From contig NW_014577075.1 in the NCBI RefSeq assembly GCF_000485595.1, positions 767,559 to 820,365 on the forward strand: a stretch of 52,807 nucleotides of DNA, read 5' to 3'. Below the pieces are notes generated by a model. The model saw nothing but the letters and a program-made list of their open reading frames with translations. It did no database searches and was not told the DNA's origin. Both the position numbers and the translations under genes were made by a program. This document shows positions 24,016 through 37,186 of this stretch, in pieces (position 1 is the stretch's first letter; the number at the start of each line of letters is the position of its first letter). Source of the stretch: Priapulus caudatus. Its lineage: Eukaryota.

Positions 24016-25647
24016 AATAAATCATCCGATATTTTTTGTTGTTATTTTATGCATCGCGTGTACAGACAGAATGTAAATATTGTGAATCCAGATTTTTAAG
24101 ATTGTTATCTATGTTCATATATTACGTGTAAAAAGGGCAATCTCGTGGTAATAGTAAGTCACGCGTAGTGGATTAGGGCCGACTATCTACGGTAATCTTT
24201 TACTGGTAACACGAGCTAGACCGATTTCAAACCATTTAGAAAACGACGTCTATCACACATTTCTCTGCTTTTATGGTGATTAAGATCACAAAATCTGTTG
24301 GCAATTTATCGATAGCGCCCAAGAGCGTATAAATTCTCTAACATATACTCCTCAGCATAGAAGACTTCATGTCCTCTGAATAGCGTGTGAAGAGCGAACT
24401 GTTACTGTACAGAAAGGTTGTAGATTATTGCGTAATAGCGAGAGCGATAAGAGTTAAGTTATTTTGTAAATATAGTATAATATTTTCTTGCGAATGAGAA
24501 TAAATGTGATGAACTATGAACAATTGATCGCATGTTATATTTATTTCACTCGTGTGCAAAAATCCACGAAGAGACATGCAAAACTGAAGAAAAAAACACT
24601 CAAAAAGTGCTAAAGGTGCCTTCCCGTGCCACTGCTAGAGATAATTTGTAAAAAAAAAGATAACGGTAAACCCCAGATAAATAGTTACTTTAAATGACAA
24701 ATGATTATTATAGCAATAAAAAGAAAAACTGTACGAGCAGCATGTCCACACTACATGAAAGGAAGTCGTAGTCGTGGCGCGTCGACTACGAGCCTAGATG
24801 TGATTTCATTGATTTCGCATGAGCGAAAGCTGTTACATTCTCGGCAAAAATGAAGCACGAAAAATGCAAATTGCTGTTAATAACTTGGATCCCGTTAGTT
24901 ATAATTATTAGGTAAAACACTGGTAGTGGGCTATACTTGTGCTTCCTGTGCACATAGATGTAAAGAAATAAAAACAACCACAACATTGAAACGGTACCTG
25001 ACTAACAATTGTCTGACCGTATATATATATATATATATACTTGACAATTCATGTGGGAAGGCACCTTTAAAGACACGCATATCGGTCAAATGCAAGTATC
25101 CGTATAAGATCAATAAACTCACGATCACATTGATAAATCACACCGGTGTACGAAAAGTAGCAAGAAAGGTTACGTGAAATTTATCAGCACGGTAAACCAT
25201 TTAGAACGTTCGCTACCGCATTGTTCACTGGGTATTAAGTAAATGCAACCAAACTACAAATGTCGAAGAAAAAAACCGATAATGTCGGCTGACTTTCAAA
25301 ATCACGCAGCCGTCGTAAAACAAGTAGAACCGCATTACGTATGATTACCGGGAATTTTCGGCGATTACACTAGCCGCTAGATTAGTGCCTTCACCCGGTA
25401 GTCTTTCAATGGCGGCTTCCCGCAGACTGGTCGCGTAGTAGACACGAAAATGTAGCATGGAGAATGACAAACGTTCAGTCTACGCGGTGCGTGCGCGAAT
25501 ACCCGCTGTGGCGTGCACGCGCCCTGTCGATGCTTCTATTGATTCTTCCTCATCATCGCACCTATCCGACGTCCGCCCTCGGAGAAAAAGGGGAGAAGAG
25601 AGAAGAAGTCGATGAAAGATTTCACGCCGTACACTTCGACGTGGATA

Positions 25648-26021
25648 TCACAGGGACGACCTTATCTGCGTTAACTCGTGTGCATTACCCTCGACATCGC
25701 TGCTCACTGGCTCGTCGCGACTGCCGCAACATCGGCTCCGCATTACGCATGCGCGGACGCCCTGGTGGCAAGTCGACTCGGAGTTTCCCGTCCTGCGGCA
25801 GACGCACTCCGGAACAAACGTCGGTAAGAATGTCAAGTACTTTGAGCAAGCGTACTTCTGAAACTGTTCGCTGAAGTGCGCGAGGCGATAGACCTGCTCC
25901 TGCAGCGGTGGAGTATCTATCGTCGAGATGTCCGTGCCTATGCTAATTCTGGTCGCCTGGCCTTCTAGTATGCTGGTAAGCTGAGCCGCCCTCACCACGG
26001 CGAGGCTGTCTTCCGAGTTTC
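25648..26021 (-). CDS. SLC23A: SLC23 terminal coding exon
   Basis: ttgcag|(G)NSEDSLAVV...[29 protein letters not shown]...RSSL*; resembles the SVCT C-terminal Y-x-LP...YLP-x-x-PTF pattern. Confidence 0.82.
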
Positions 26022-26157
26022 CTGCAAGTGTGGTTTCCATGTTAAAAGCGGCGCTTGTAACACTCACTAACCTAGATTAGCCTCACTTGTCATGGACAGA
26101 CCATTAGCCTTAAAGTAGCATAAGTGAGTGGACTAAATCTAACACTAATTGTTGTGT

Positions 26158-26238
<81 letters not shown>

Positions 26239-27087
26239 TGTGTGTGAGCTCCCCCCACGTCGTATCATTCAGGCAGCGGCGATAAGACGCGAACGCCTCG
26301 GACGCGCTCACAATGGCCGATGTGTGCGGGAGCGCGGGACAGGCGAGAAGTGTTGGTGAAGAATCAGCTAACAATCTGCTAATTATTCAATGCGCACCGT
26401 GTGTAAACAGCACCTGTGCGGTGGCAAGCGCGGCCGATGCGTGCGCCGACCCAGCCCTCGTCAAACCACTCGACGAAATTACTGCTCCGCCTCGAAACAG
26501 CTCGCTGACGGGTCGCGTTTGTTTAGAGGTGGCTGCGCCGTTGCGGCGATCGCGCGAACTCAGGGATAGCCTTAATTACTGACCTCTTCTCTTACGCGCG
26601 GTGCAAGTCTTTGTCAGCGCGTAGCTTTTGTACGGCGCGAAAGCCGTTCGACCGGAATGCAACGCTACGCCACCGAGAGCGAGAGTCGACACGGAAATGC
26701 TTTTATGCTCGTTTCCGTCACTTTAATCGAGAGGTTGGACCGCGCGATGTCGCTTGAATTACTCGGGCAGAGGTAGTGAATGTAGTAGTAGCAGGGGGAG
26801 AAGCAATGATTCGCGGACAAGCGCTCTTAACCAAACAGCCGGGGTATAAATCATAGGGAAGATGACTCCGCTCTGCACTCGCGTTTGCATCAGGGTGGCA
26901 AACAGACCGACACGTGTGACCTAACAGTGACGTTTGTGGCCTCACACTCTCGCACGTTGCGTCACAATCACGCGCGTGAGATCACAGCGATGCGCGGGGC
27001 GTCACACTGATGCGAGTGACGTCACAGGCACTTGGAACGTCACAATAAAAAAATAATGGTAAATAAACACGAAATGCNNNNNNNNNN

Positions 27088-27126
<39 letters not shown>

Positions 27127-30100
27127 GGTGTGTGTGTGTGTGTGTGTGTTTGCATGTGTGTGTGCGCGCATGCTTATGTACGTGCACGATGCAGCGAGGG
27201 AATGTCGAGGAGCACACTCCGCGGGCAAATTGATCATGGAGCTCGCATATGAGAGCCTTCGACTTGCTCGCATGCGTTCTCGTGCGTCGACTTTTCCATG
27301 AGCTGTATCGGCCACGTTTTAAGTTGTGCGCGAATGACATATCGACAAAATAGCGCGCTCTGTAACCATGCACCACGCTATTCTACACTCATACTCTGGG
27401 TTCGTATGCATCGAGGCAAAGAGATAAATAAACGTGACTTCATCTCTAACATAAGCTAATCTTATACTTCTGACCTCTGACCTCTGACCTAGTGACCTCT
27501 GACGTGGTCGTTGTCTACACGGCCGCCATGGGCCGCTTATTATTTCTAGCAAAAAGACGATACAAGTTCATTTTTTTCCAAACTCTATTAGAGACTAGCG
27601 AATATAATAGGCGCGTTCACACTGGCGCGAATAAGCGGGATGCAAATCCCGGTTTTTGCATCGCGATCGAAATACCGAGATTATTACAAGTGTGAACGCA
27701 CTAATACCCACTAATAATCGCGATCAGCATCGCGCTCCAAATCGCACTTTTGACTGCGATTATTTGGAATTAGCGCGATTATTTGCGTGTGTGAACGATC
27801 GCTTTGGAATTAGCGCGATTATTTGCGTGTGTGAACGATCGCTTTGGAATTAGCGCGATTATTTGCGTGTGTGAACGCTCGCGCAAATAATCCCGGTATT
27901 TTAGCGCGATTATTTGCGTGTGTGAACGCTCGCGCAAATAATCCCGGTATTTTCTATCCCATCATTCTAAGCGAGTGAGCAGTAAGCATGCGCAGTGAGC
28001 ATCATTCCGGCAGTGAGCATGCGCAGTTCTATTAATAGAATTATCCCGCTCGGCGATTAGCGCGATTATTCGCCTGTGTGAACAACGACACAATTATCTC
28101 GGTATTTCATCGCGATTAGCATCGCGGTTTTTCTTGTGTGTGAACGCGCCTAATATGATAATAATATGACTTGCCGTAAATATTACTAATGGTTAGAACC
28201 AAGCAATAATTAAACAAACCAATGGTCATCACATTTAAAATTCATTATTTTCATAGCGATAAAAAAAAATTCATGTCAAATATACGCATCCACTGTTGAG
28301 CTGATTTTCCGTTTCTTTTGACGCAATTTAAGAATGAATAAATTTGCAATAAAAATTCTAATAAAATACATCACTAAGAGCAGTACTGCGGACGGACGAC
28401 GTTGGAGATCACTTGTCACTGCCTTATGTGCCATCTAGGCACCTACGAGGGATAACTACCTAAGAGTGCCAACGCATAAACCACTCATATATGTTATGAA
28501 AAATATGCTATTAATTTAGGGTTGGGATATAAATAGTGATAGGATTAGATGTGAAATAGAATCGTACATGCATTTCATCTACTCCTGATGTAATGAGTAT
28601 ATTTATGATGTTTTTATGAACTGACGATATATACGGAACACGGGCATCCCAGAATAGGGTAAAAATAATATACATTGGGTGTATATACTCAGGCGTGTGT
28701 ATTTATGCATGTGTAATCGTGTTTACGTATCTCTCCCATATACTCGCCCTCTTTTCTCCTACCCCCCTTCTCTCGTTCCCAATCTATCTCTCTCCGTCGC
28801 CTCTTCTTTTTCTCAGTGTGTGCTTGTACGTGCCAGACTGCTTTCCCTCACTCGTGTAGCCTACATTGGAAAACTAGCGTACGGATTTCGCACAGTAAAA
28901 GTCAATCCTGCGCCTATATGAAAACTGCACTAAATAAACCACATACACGTACACTACTATCACGGCGGCCGCACTGACAAGTTAGAAACAGCTCTACTGC
29001 TTTACCTGGAACCGTCAGGTCCATGAGGAAACCGACGGTGGCGCCGATCAGCGGGCCGCATGAGAGCGCGGCCAGCAGGGCACTGTCCAGCTGCTGGTTT
29101 CCCGTCTGCAAGCGATCGCTATTTCGCGCCGACCAATCAGGAAGCACGGAGCCCATCATGACGGCGACGCCGAGCACGGTCGTCGCCCGCGGCGTGCGCA
29201 GATCGACGTCGGCCGCGTAGGCGACGGCCGACGAGAAGATGACGCACGCGTTGACCAAGATGGCGCCGCCGATGACGGGGCGTGGCTGTACCGCGAGGAT
29301 GGACGAAAAGCGGCTGAAGAGACCGCAGAAACAAAGCAGCAGACCGCCGACGACGGCGACCGAGCGGCTGGCATTCTGTAAAACAGTTACATGTTACACA
29401 TGTGGCATTGTGCCAGCAGCAGCATATCTTAACGTTTTCTCGCGCTCGGCAAAACGCTCGCCCGTTTTTTTTCATGGTTTCGAATGCGAAAATTTCGGGG
29501 CGATTTAATTTCAACAGGCGGAAAGGTTGAAATCGGCTCGCATTCGTCATTTCTATCGCGTGAAACCGGAAGGATAGTGTGATTTACCTATCAGTCTATC
29601 CTGATTGACAGGCCACGCTATCCAATCATAGTTGTGATAGGACGTTCTCAAAGACAATTCATGTATGGCAACGAAGCGCCGCAAAATCGACATTTTGGCG
29701 TGCACGCGTAAGAAACTGCTCCAATAACTTAACAGACCTAACAACAAAATTAAAGATGGCGTAGTTATCATCTTCAGAAAAATAGGTCTATTAAAAACTA
29801 CATAGTAATGCCAGGTGTACATACGGGAGTCCTTACTACGCACTACCGCATGTATTACTATCATCAGCGGTCCCGACTCACAATCGTACCTGGGTGATTC
29901 CAATCACTCCGATGTTAGGCGGGTGCGTGGTGAGCGGCAGGCCGGTGATAGAACCGCCGAGGATGCCGGACAGACCCTCCATGATGATGGCACGGTTGAC
30001 GGCGTGTGCCGGCGGCGGCGGCACGTGCGTTACCCTGGCGACGGCGTGGTAGCAGGCGAGGCTGTTGACGATCGATACGAGCGTGGACAGCACGAAGCCG

Positions 30101-31279
30101 GCGTAGGTGACAGAGCTGACCGTCGGCGTGCCGTACTGACCTGCGGGGATCGCGATCATGATTATGGATATGGCGTTGATGACGACGACGCTGCTGCTGC
30201 TGCTGCTGATGATGATGATGATGAAAATGATGATGATGAACATGACGATGACGATGATGATGATGCTGATGATGATGACGATGATGATGATGATGATGAT
30301 GACGATGTTGATGATGATGACGAGAATGACGACGATGATGATGATGATGATGATGCCGATGTTGGTGTTGATGATGATGATGATGATGGCGATGTTGATG
30401 ATGATGATGATGATGATAACAGAGACGTACGTACGCGGGTGTAACGGATTTTTCTATTACAGTGGAAAATTTGAAAATTTGTATTTATCCAATACAAGGT
30501 CACATTCGGCCACGACTAAAGATAGAACGTCAATCAACCCCCTGACGCTACTCTAATGTTGGGTTACTAATTGCGTCATCGTAGAACATCCCATTACTTA
30601 ATTTAATCTCAATTCCGACACGCGTCATAGTGGGTCTTGATACTCCGTGCAAACTGAAGCTGCGTCGAGAGCGTGAGTCACTCGTACCGGAGTGAAGCAG
30701 GCACGAACAATTAATGTGATGTTTAGCCCTGGTGAATGAGGGGGGTCACCTCACAAACGCGCTCCCGTACCTGGGTATGGTAAGTGGAACCACTTGCTGT
30801 TGTGTGCCCACTCACTGTAGGCGGGATCCGCGTATTGCGCTGGTGAAGCCGTGTCCGTAGGCAATGCTTCGGTCTCCGTCAGTATCACACACAACACCCA
30901 GACGATGACCATGCCAAATAAAACCTGTGCGGCGGTCAGGAATATGGTCGAAATCAGCGAGCATGTCGTGAGATGGAATACGAAAGCGAACACCTGCCAG
31001 ATGTGCTTTCATTGGCGTAAGTGCTTTCAAATGCGTAAGCGAAAAACATGTCGGGGCATTACAGCTTATACAGCCCGATACTCATGTGAAATGTGGCAGG
31101 AAACCGAACGAGTTTGTTGAGTATAATGTAGAAGCTCAGCGGCGTATAATGTCGAGGTGAGGTGAAGAATTAAAAGTTACCACTCTTTTGTGTAAGTAGC
31201 ACATACACGTACGCGCACTCGCTCGTGCCGATTTACGTACGTATATAAACGCATGTACACACGCACCTGTGCACGTAAA

Positions 31280-31321
<42 letters not shown>

Positions 31322-31333
31322 GCACGCACGCAC

Positions 31334-31378
<45 letters not shown>

Positions 31379-32041
31379 CACAAACACGCACACACACACG
31401 CACGCACGCACGCACGCACGCACACGCACACGCACACACACACACACACATACCGAGCAGGTCTTAAAAAGAGGATATCTGATGAAATAGAGCTTTCGCT
31501 TCTTTTGATACCAAAGCCACGGCACACGTATCTTCTTGGCGTAGATCCCAAACAGGCAAACTAAGCCAACGACCCTGAAACACCATTTCAGAGTTTAGAG
31601 GCTTTTCCCGTAGAGGCACGGACATTTTCGCCTGAAATATAACAGTGCGCATATCTAATGCCACAAATGCGTTTGAAAAAGTATATAAGGCCACAAAAGC
31701 GTTTGTTGAAACATGTAGTAATTATCGCAGCTGACTATGACTCTTCAAATGTTACTTCGACGTAAAATAAACGTTCAATGAGATGTCTACATAGAAGCCA
31801 AGCGGATGTAAACGTGTGCATGTGTGGAGGAGTGTTCGCGATATATATTTCTGCGCGGCAGTGGGATCTTGCATGTGCTGTGCATGCGACCGCGTCTCTG
31901 GAGTGTATATGCGCGCGTGCTTGCGTGGCAGCGAGTATACTCGCGTCTGTACGCTTCTATATGTCTATGTTAGCCCCACAGCTAATCAGGAGATCATAAC
32001 TAAACTCGAAAAATAATCTTTGAGATTATTCTCCCTTGCGC

Positions 32042-32084
<43 letters not shown>

Positions 32085-35000
32085 CAGAAAATAATCTCGA
32101 AAAAAACCTTTGAGATTATTTTCCCTTTGTGTATACATTACTGAGCGGCATATAATATGTTATTATATTATATAGCTCAGCTGTTTATGTATTTATTGAT
32201 ATACGACTAGACTATCGCGACGCGAAAACAATCAGCTTCGGTGTAAAAAAAAAAAAAGATAAAAAGAATCGTGGCAAAGGTTATCGAGAAATACTCAACA
32301 ACAACAAAAACGCTCGCCGAGCGGCATCGCAGCATCAGCAGCAGCTTCCCGGCGAGGAATGCTCCTCATCTACGCGCGCACTGCTAATTCACTTGCGGTG
32401 CGCGCGCAGCCGAAAACAGCTCCCGCTCCGCATCGCACAGTGACGATCTCGCTGAGTGATCACGACCACGTGCAGCGCGCTCTCGAATAATATATACCCG
32501 CACACTCACAAAACCGCCAGTGGCCAGCTGCTGTGTTCGCACAGGTTGCTGCTGAAACTGATGCTCGACATGGCGATTAGAATCACCGTGGGAGCGACGG
32601 TCAGCGGTCGGATGCGCGGAAGCAGGAAGCCAAACAGTCCAGAGGCGCCGACCACAACCTGCGTAATGGATGCCAGCATCACGCCGCCCTGCAACTAGAA
32701 GAAAAACGGATATGCGGGGTCGTCGACAAATCGAGAAGTGTCTGTTATCGGAGCGTAGGTTGTTGTGACAAGGTCGTTCTACGAACATCCGATGAAGAGG
32801 AGGGGATTGATTAGGATTGCCGTGAACGCACACCGATGCGCTAGAATTTCTCATGGTGGCTAAATGTTGGCCTAGTTTGAAATATAGACGCGTGTGTGCA
32901 AATAAGACGCTGTAGCAATATAGGATTCGCGTAAAAACGTCATTCTTCGATGTATAAAAAGTAGGAAAATCCGCTTTAGAATTCCATCAATACTGCAGCT
33001 GTAATAAATCGATGCCCACTGGTACGCGCGCGCACACGCGCGCACACACACGCGCACACACACGCACACACACGCGCGCTCAGTGGCGCCCGCAGATAGA
33101 AGCACTGGAAGCACAGTGCTTCGAGTAAATTTTGGGTTAAAAAATTTTGTTTCTACATTTTGTTTCTAAATCTCTCTCGCAAGACTCACCAGATTGCATC
33201 TCCAGACGTCTACCATTCAAAATTTTTTAGGGGGGCATGCCCCCAGACCCCCCTAGCATGCAGCGAGCCTGCTTTTTATTATCACTGAGGATTTTATCCT
33301 TCTGCGCTTCTAATTTCTTAAGACCTGTGGGCGCCAGTGCGCGCGCTCACACGTATACACGGACGACTCCATATGCACATGCGCGCAAAAAGTGCAATGA
33401 TCGTATTTCATTTATACGCACCTCTCTTATCCGTGTTTTCCAAACACTTGAATCCTCATTAACGCTGCTGTTTTCAAACGTGTGGTTGAACGTTTCCATC
33501 TTTAATATATCTGTCGAAAGTAGCGGATGAAACGTGCCATCATATGCATGGTATGCTGTTTCGCCATATTACTTCACGTTTACGGCTGATATTAATTTGG
33601 AAAGATATAATCGAGAACTAACAAAAAAGTCGTTACAGTAGGTAGAGTGCAAAACGCACGGAATGGCTAGACGGAGCAAAAATTGAGTTACGAATGTAAT
33701 CTGCTACATATATCTTTCATGAAAGTCAGTGGCCACGTTTAAGAAGCAAGCAAGCTAGCGGTTAGCACATAACGCGGCCATCTGTATGTGTCGGATACTT
33801 TAGAGACCGTGAGCCAGATCGTCTGCCATATACTAAAAAAATGAAAGTCAGTTGAACTTCAATATAGACATTCTACACGGTTTACACAAGATAACATTAA
33901 AATGGCAAGTGTAACCGCTGTGTCAAACGCGTACATAACATTTTCAGCAATTACAACGGCAATAATTAAATGCAATACGCTCGAAGGGCGGGTTTATACT
34001 GATTCAATATTTAGTTTGTTGAAAACAGCGACTGATCTGGTGAAACCGGAATGATTCCTATGTAATGCTCAGTTTAAAAAAGCAAGGTTCATTTGCAGTG
34101 CAATGGAAAACTTCGTCGAAACGGTCGTTATCAATGCGATGATAATATATACTTTTATTATTATATTCATATAATAATAAAAATTAATATATTTTAATTA
34201 TTTAGTATAGTAATTTTATTTTTGTTATTTGTCATTTTTAAGAATTTTACGAGATATATCTGTTTACGACCGAGAGTGAACTAAACGTGTTTGAAAGTCC
34301 CGCAGAACTAAGTTAACAGAGCAATGTATCATCGAGCCGATATGAAAAGTTTGTGATTGGGTTCCAATCTTTTCTAGTCACAATTTTATACTTAGCTGTA
34401 GATCAAGCTTTCTTCATAAGTACGTGATATCAGTGTAATATATAGAAACTTAAGCCCATAACCCATAAAATGTAGTGTAGGCAATAAATAAGTCAGCTAC
34501 CGAGCAACTGACGCCTTCGCGTCAATACTTACACATAAAGGCGTTACAGTGAGCGCGAGCGACGAAATAGAGTGCGATGGAAATGTTGTTCTTTTCCTTT
34601 TTATATGAGATCGTCAGACAGCAAGCATCCTAGCAAGTATCCCTCTAGAGATTCCGTATGCAGTGACTTTTCACTCGCTACCGTCAGTGTGTACAGAGTG
34701 ATGATCACTGCTCTCTGACAGTGACAGTTATTATTCCGGCGACGTTCCCGATGGCAATTTGCGGCGTGCAGCTGGGGCCGCCAATTAAAATTTTGTCCTT
34801 GTCTTTCGGCACTCGCCTTGCCGATGACCTTTAATTATTTTATATTCAGTAACCGAGATATTATTTTCCCCGTTAATTTTCACACCGGCGATGAAGCGCT
34901 GCACATGCGAATATACACATAAGCACAGACACACGCGCCGCACATGCAAGTGCACACGTAAATGCGCGCACGCATAAGCGAGTGTGTGTGTGGGGGGGGG

Positions 35001-35655
35001 GGGGGTATTACCCCATTTGCCGCACGCCGTAAAGCCAATTTGTGATAAAAGATTTATGCTTTACCACATTTTATTGCTTTCCCCGCATCCAATTTTTGTT
35101 TTCATTTCAGGCCGCGTGCTATGCTCCTCCACCAACTAAAATGCGTTATTTTTCGCGGTATTTATGCTAGCGTGTGTGGTTATTTTAATAAGTCCACGTG
35201 CAAGCAGGTCGTTTAGGTTTCACAGTGAGAGCTAACTGCCCACGTGGACTACAACAGGTGGGGGCAATGTCAGAAAGTTTACTACATATACGAACAGTGA
35301 TTGAGTCGATGAGTAGTTATGAGCGACGTGTCTGAGATTGGTATGGCATTGCAGTAATAAGCCTACCTGATGCGTTATTAGGACACTCCCATGTTCCTAA
35401 CGAAGTGAGAGCGACAATAGGTAGGACGAAGCCTGTCGCTGGAGCCATCATTATAGGAAGCCTAAAATTATAGTGAGCGACGCCATGAGAAGAAAATACA
35501 AAAGCAAAAAGAATAGCAAGGCTTTTGAGTCGTGCAATCAGCCAGATAGCAGATTCACCAAAGCAGTAAATACCAGTAATCTACCTCCCGTTAATTAATA
35601 ATATTCCCATTTATCGTCTGTCAGGGGGTGCTCTCGCCACCTCCCCTCCCTGCGT

Positions 35656-35742
<87 letters not shown>

Positions 35743-36185
35743 GCTCGCTCGATCTCTCTCTCTCTCTCTCTCTCTTCTCTACTTCTTCTGTCTTCTCTCT
35801 CTCTCTCTCTCATTGCTTGCATCTTCTCGCTCTGCGTCGCTCTCTCTCTGCTCTTTCTTTCTCTTCTCTCCTGTGTTGTGTGTGTTGTTTGTGGGTCGTG
35901 TGTGTGTGTGTGTGTGTTTTTGTGTGTTGTGGGGCGGGGGGGCGTTTGTGTGTGTGTGTGGTGTGTGGTGGGTGTTGTGGTGGTTTGTGTGTATGTGTGT
36001 GTTGTGTGTGCGTTGTGTTTTGCTGTGTGTGGCAGTGGCCACGCAGCGTGTGGTTGGTGCTGGTAATGTGTGTGTGGTGGGCGGGTGTAATATTTTTCCT
36101 TCTTCTGCGTGAATCTCTCACTCGCCTCTCTATCTGCTATTCTCTCTCTCTCTCTCTCGTCGCTCTTCTCTCTCTCCTCGTCTCC

Positions 36186-36258
<73 letters not shown>

Positions 36259-37186
36259 CGCTCGCTCACTGGCTCGCTCGCTCTCCCTTTCCTTCTAGCT
36301 TTCTCCCACGCAATCCTTCTCTCGTTCTTTTCCTAGATCTCTCTCATCACTTTCCCTCATACGAGTTTCGTCAGTATGTGTTACCTTATGCCGAGCACCA
36401 CCTGCGCCACCGTAGCGATGCCGGCGACAAACGCCATGTTTCCGAAGAGCTCCACTCGCACGCGGATGTCGTCATCGTCAGCGCACAGGGATCGCGACAG
36501 CGTTAACGACGACAGGTAGACGCCGCCGATCGTCACCAGGAGATGCTGGTTACCATAACAATGCATACATTACCATAGCAACGATTATATTGACGCAACA
36601 ACGCATACATTACCACAGCAACGCGCACTTTACTTCGTCACGAAGACAGAATATTGTTTGTGGATCGACACGATCTTTAGTCATCCTGCATGCTTCTCAC
36701 AACGCCCATGAGTAAACAAGTAAATACGGATCACCTTGACAATAATGATTTTGACTATAAGATTTCATGCGTCATTAAGAATTCATTATAGATTTTACAT
36801 TACCAAGTTCGCATCACATTGAATATTCATCAATGTGTGAAATGTACGGGAGTACGAAATTTCTAATGAACAATTAAATTTTATTATAATTAAGACATAC
36901 GGAACTACGGAAGCCGGGCTCTCCTAATTACTAGGTAGTCATGGGTCTAGAATCGTGGCTATATATACGAATTCGCAAGTGTTGTGATGAAACATATTTG
37001 TAAGCATTACCTGTAATCCAAAGACCACGGCCAGGTACCAGGGAGGATCATCACAGTATCGATATACTAAGCTACTTTCGGATGTGAAGTCATCATCGTC
37101 ATGCATCAAGTCCCGAGACGTTCCAAGCGAAACTGGGGCGCTAATCTGTCCACTATGGTGCGCTTTGCTGTCGGACTCTACAGGTC
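25648..37186 (-). CDS. SLC23A: SLC23 / NAT (NCS2) family nucleobase-ascorbate transporter, SVCT-like but divergent; first exon/start not fixed
   Basis: 10 GT-AG exons with compatible phases: 37186-37011, 36545-36385, 35461-35367, 33510-33422, 32694-32510, 31574-31454, 30924-30771, 30140-29890, 29375-29006, 26021-25648. Motifs: [13 protein letters not shown] (TM1 QH), [54 protein letters not shown] signature [16 protein letters not shown]-terminal YLTFLPTF. Confidence 0.92.
26246..27077 (+). repeat. Duplicate of 20088-20980, bounded by (TG)n and an N gap
   Basis: Colinear match differing mainly by 1-nt indels. Confidence 0.85.
27609..28151. mobile_element. MITE with 14-bp TIRs and internal ~40-bp tandem repeats
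   Basis: aggcgcgttcacac / gtgtgaacgcgcct; flanked by aat on both sides (or TA); internal units ttggaattagcgcgattatttgcgtgtgtgaacgatcgct. Confidence 0.75.
29006..29375 (-). CDS. SLC23A: SLC23 exon
   Basis: ttacag|[11 protein letters not shown]...[12 protein letters not shown]...[10 protein letters not shown]|gtaaag. Confidence 0.9.
29890..30140 (-). CDS. SLC23A: SLC23 exon (TM8-TM10, NAT signature)
   Basis: cgcag|GQYGTPTVS...[12 protein letters not shown]...[15 protein letters not shown]...[13 protein letters not shown]|gtacga. Confidence 0.92.
30157..30416. repeat. (GAT)n microsatellite in an SLC23 intron
   Basis: Read directly from the sequence; source of the spurious poly-D/poly-M/poly-S ORFs. 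Confidence 0.9.
30771..30924 (-). CDS. SLC23A: SLC23 exon
   Basis: cacag|[22 protein letters not shown]...SKWFHLPYP|gtacgg. Confidence 0.9.
31280..31450. repeat. (CA/CACG)n microsatellite
   Basis: Read directly from the sequence. Confidence 0.9.
31454..31574 (-). CDS. SLC23A: SLC23 exon
   Basis: tttcag|(L)[40 protein letters not shown]|gtatgt. Confidence 0.87.
32510..32694 (-). CDS. SLC23A: SLC23 exon
   Basis: ttctag|[42 protein letters not shown]...WPLAV|gtgagt. Confidence 0.9.
33081..33339. mobile_element. hAT-like MITE with 8-bp TSD
   Basis: cagtggcgcccgcag / ctgtgggcgccagtg ends; TSD cgcgcgct at 33073-33080 and 33340-33347. Confidence 0.8.
33422..33510 (-). CDS. SLC23A: SLC23 exon (extracellular loop)
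   Basis: gacag|(D)[29 protein letters not shown]|gtgcgt; N-glycosylation sequons NHT and NSS. Confidence 0.82.
35367..35461 (-). CDS. SLC23A: SLC23 exon (TM3)
   Basis: ttttag|[31 protein letters not shown]|gtaggc. Confidence 0.88.
35640..36290. repeat. Imperfect (CT)n-(GT)n-(CT)n tract
   Basis: Read directly from the sequence. Confidence 0.9.
36385..36545 (-). CDS. SLC23A: SLC23 exon
   Basis: accag|[26 protein letters not shown]...[16 protein letters not shown]|gtaac. Confidence 0.9.
37011..37186 (-). CDS. SLC23A: SLC23 exon (N-terminus, TM1 start)
   Basis: aagcag|..PVESDSKAH...[22 protein letters not shown]|gtaatg; 5' boundary less certain. Confidence 0.8.

Noticed and set aside
27471..27503. 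TGACCT direct repeats as a nuclear-receptor response element
   Set aside because: Indistinguishable from a short 7-bp tandem repeat, with no supporting evidence.
29815..30556. Poly-Asp, poly-Met and poly-Ser ORFs
   Set aside because: They arise from a (GAT)n microsatellite plus the antisense of an SLC23 exon.
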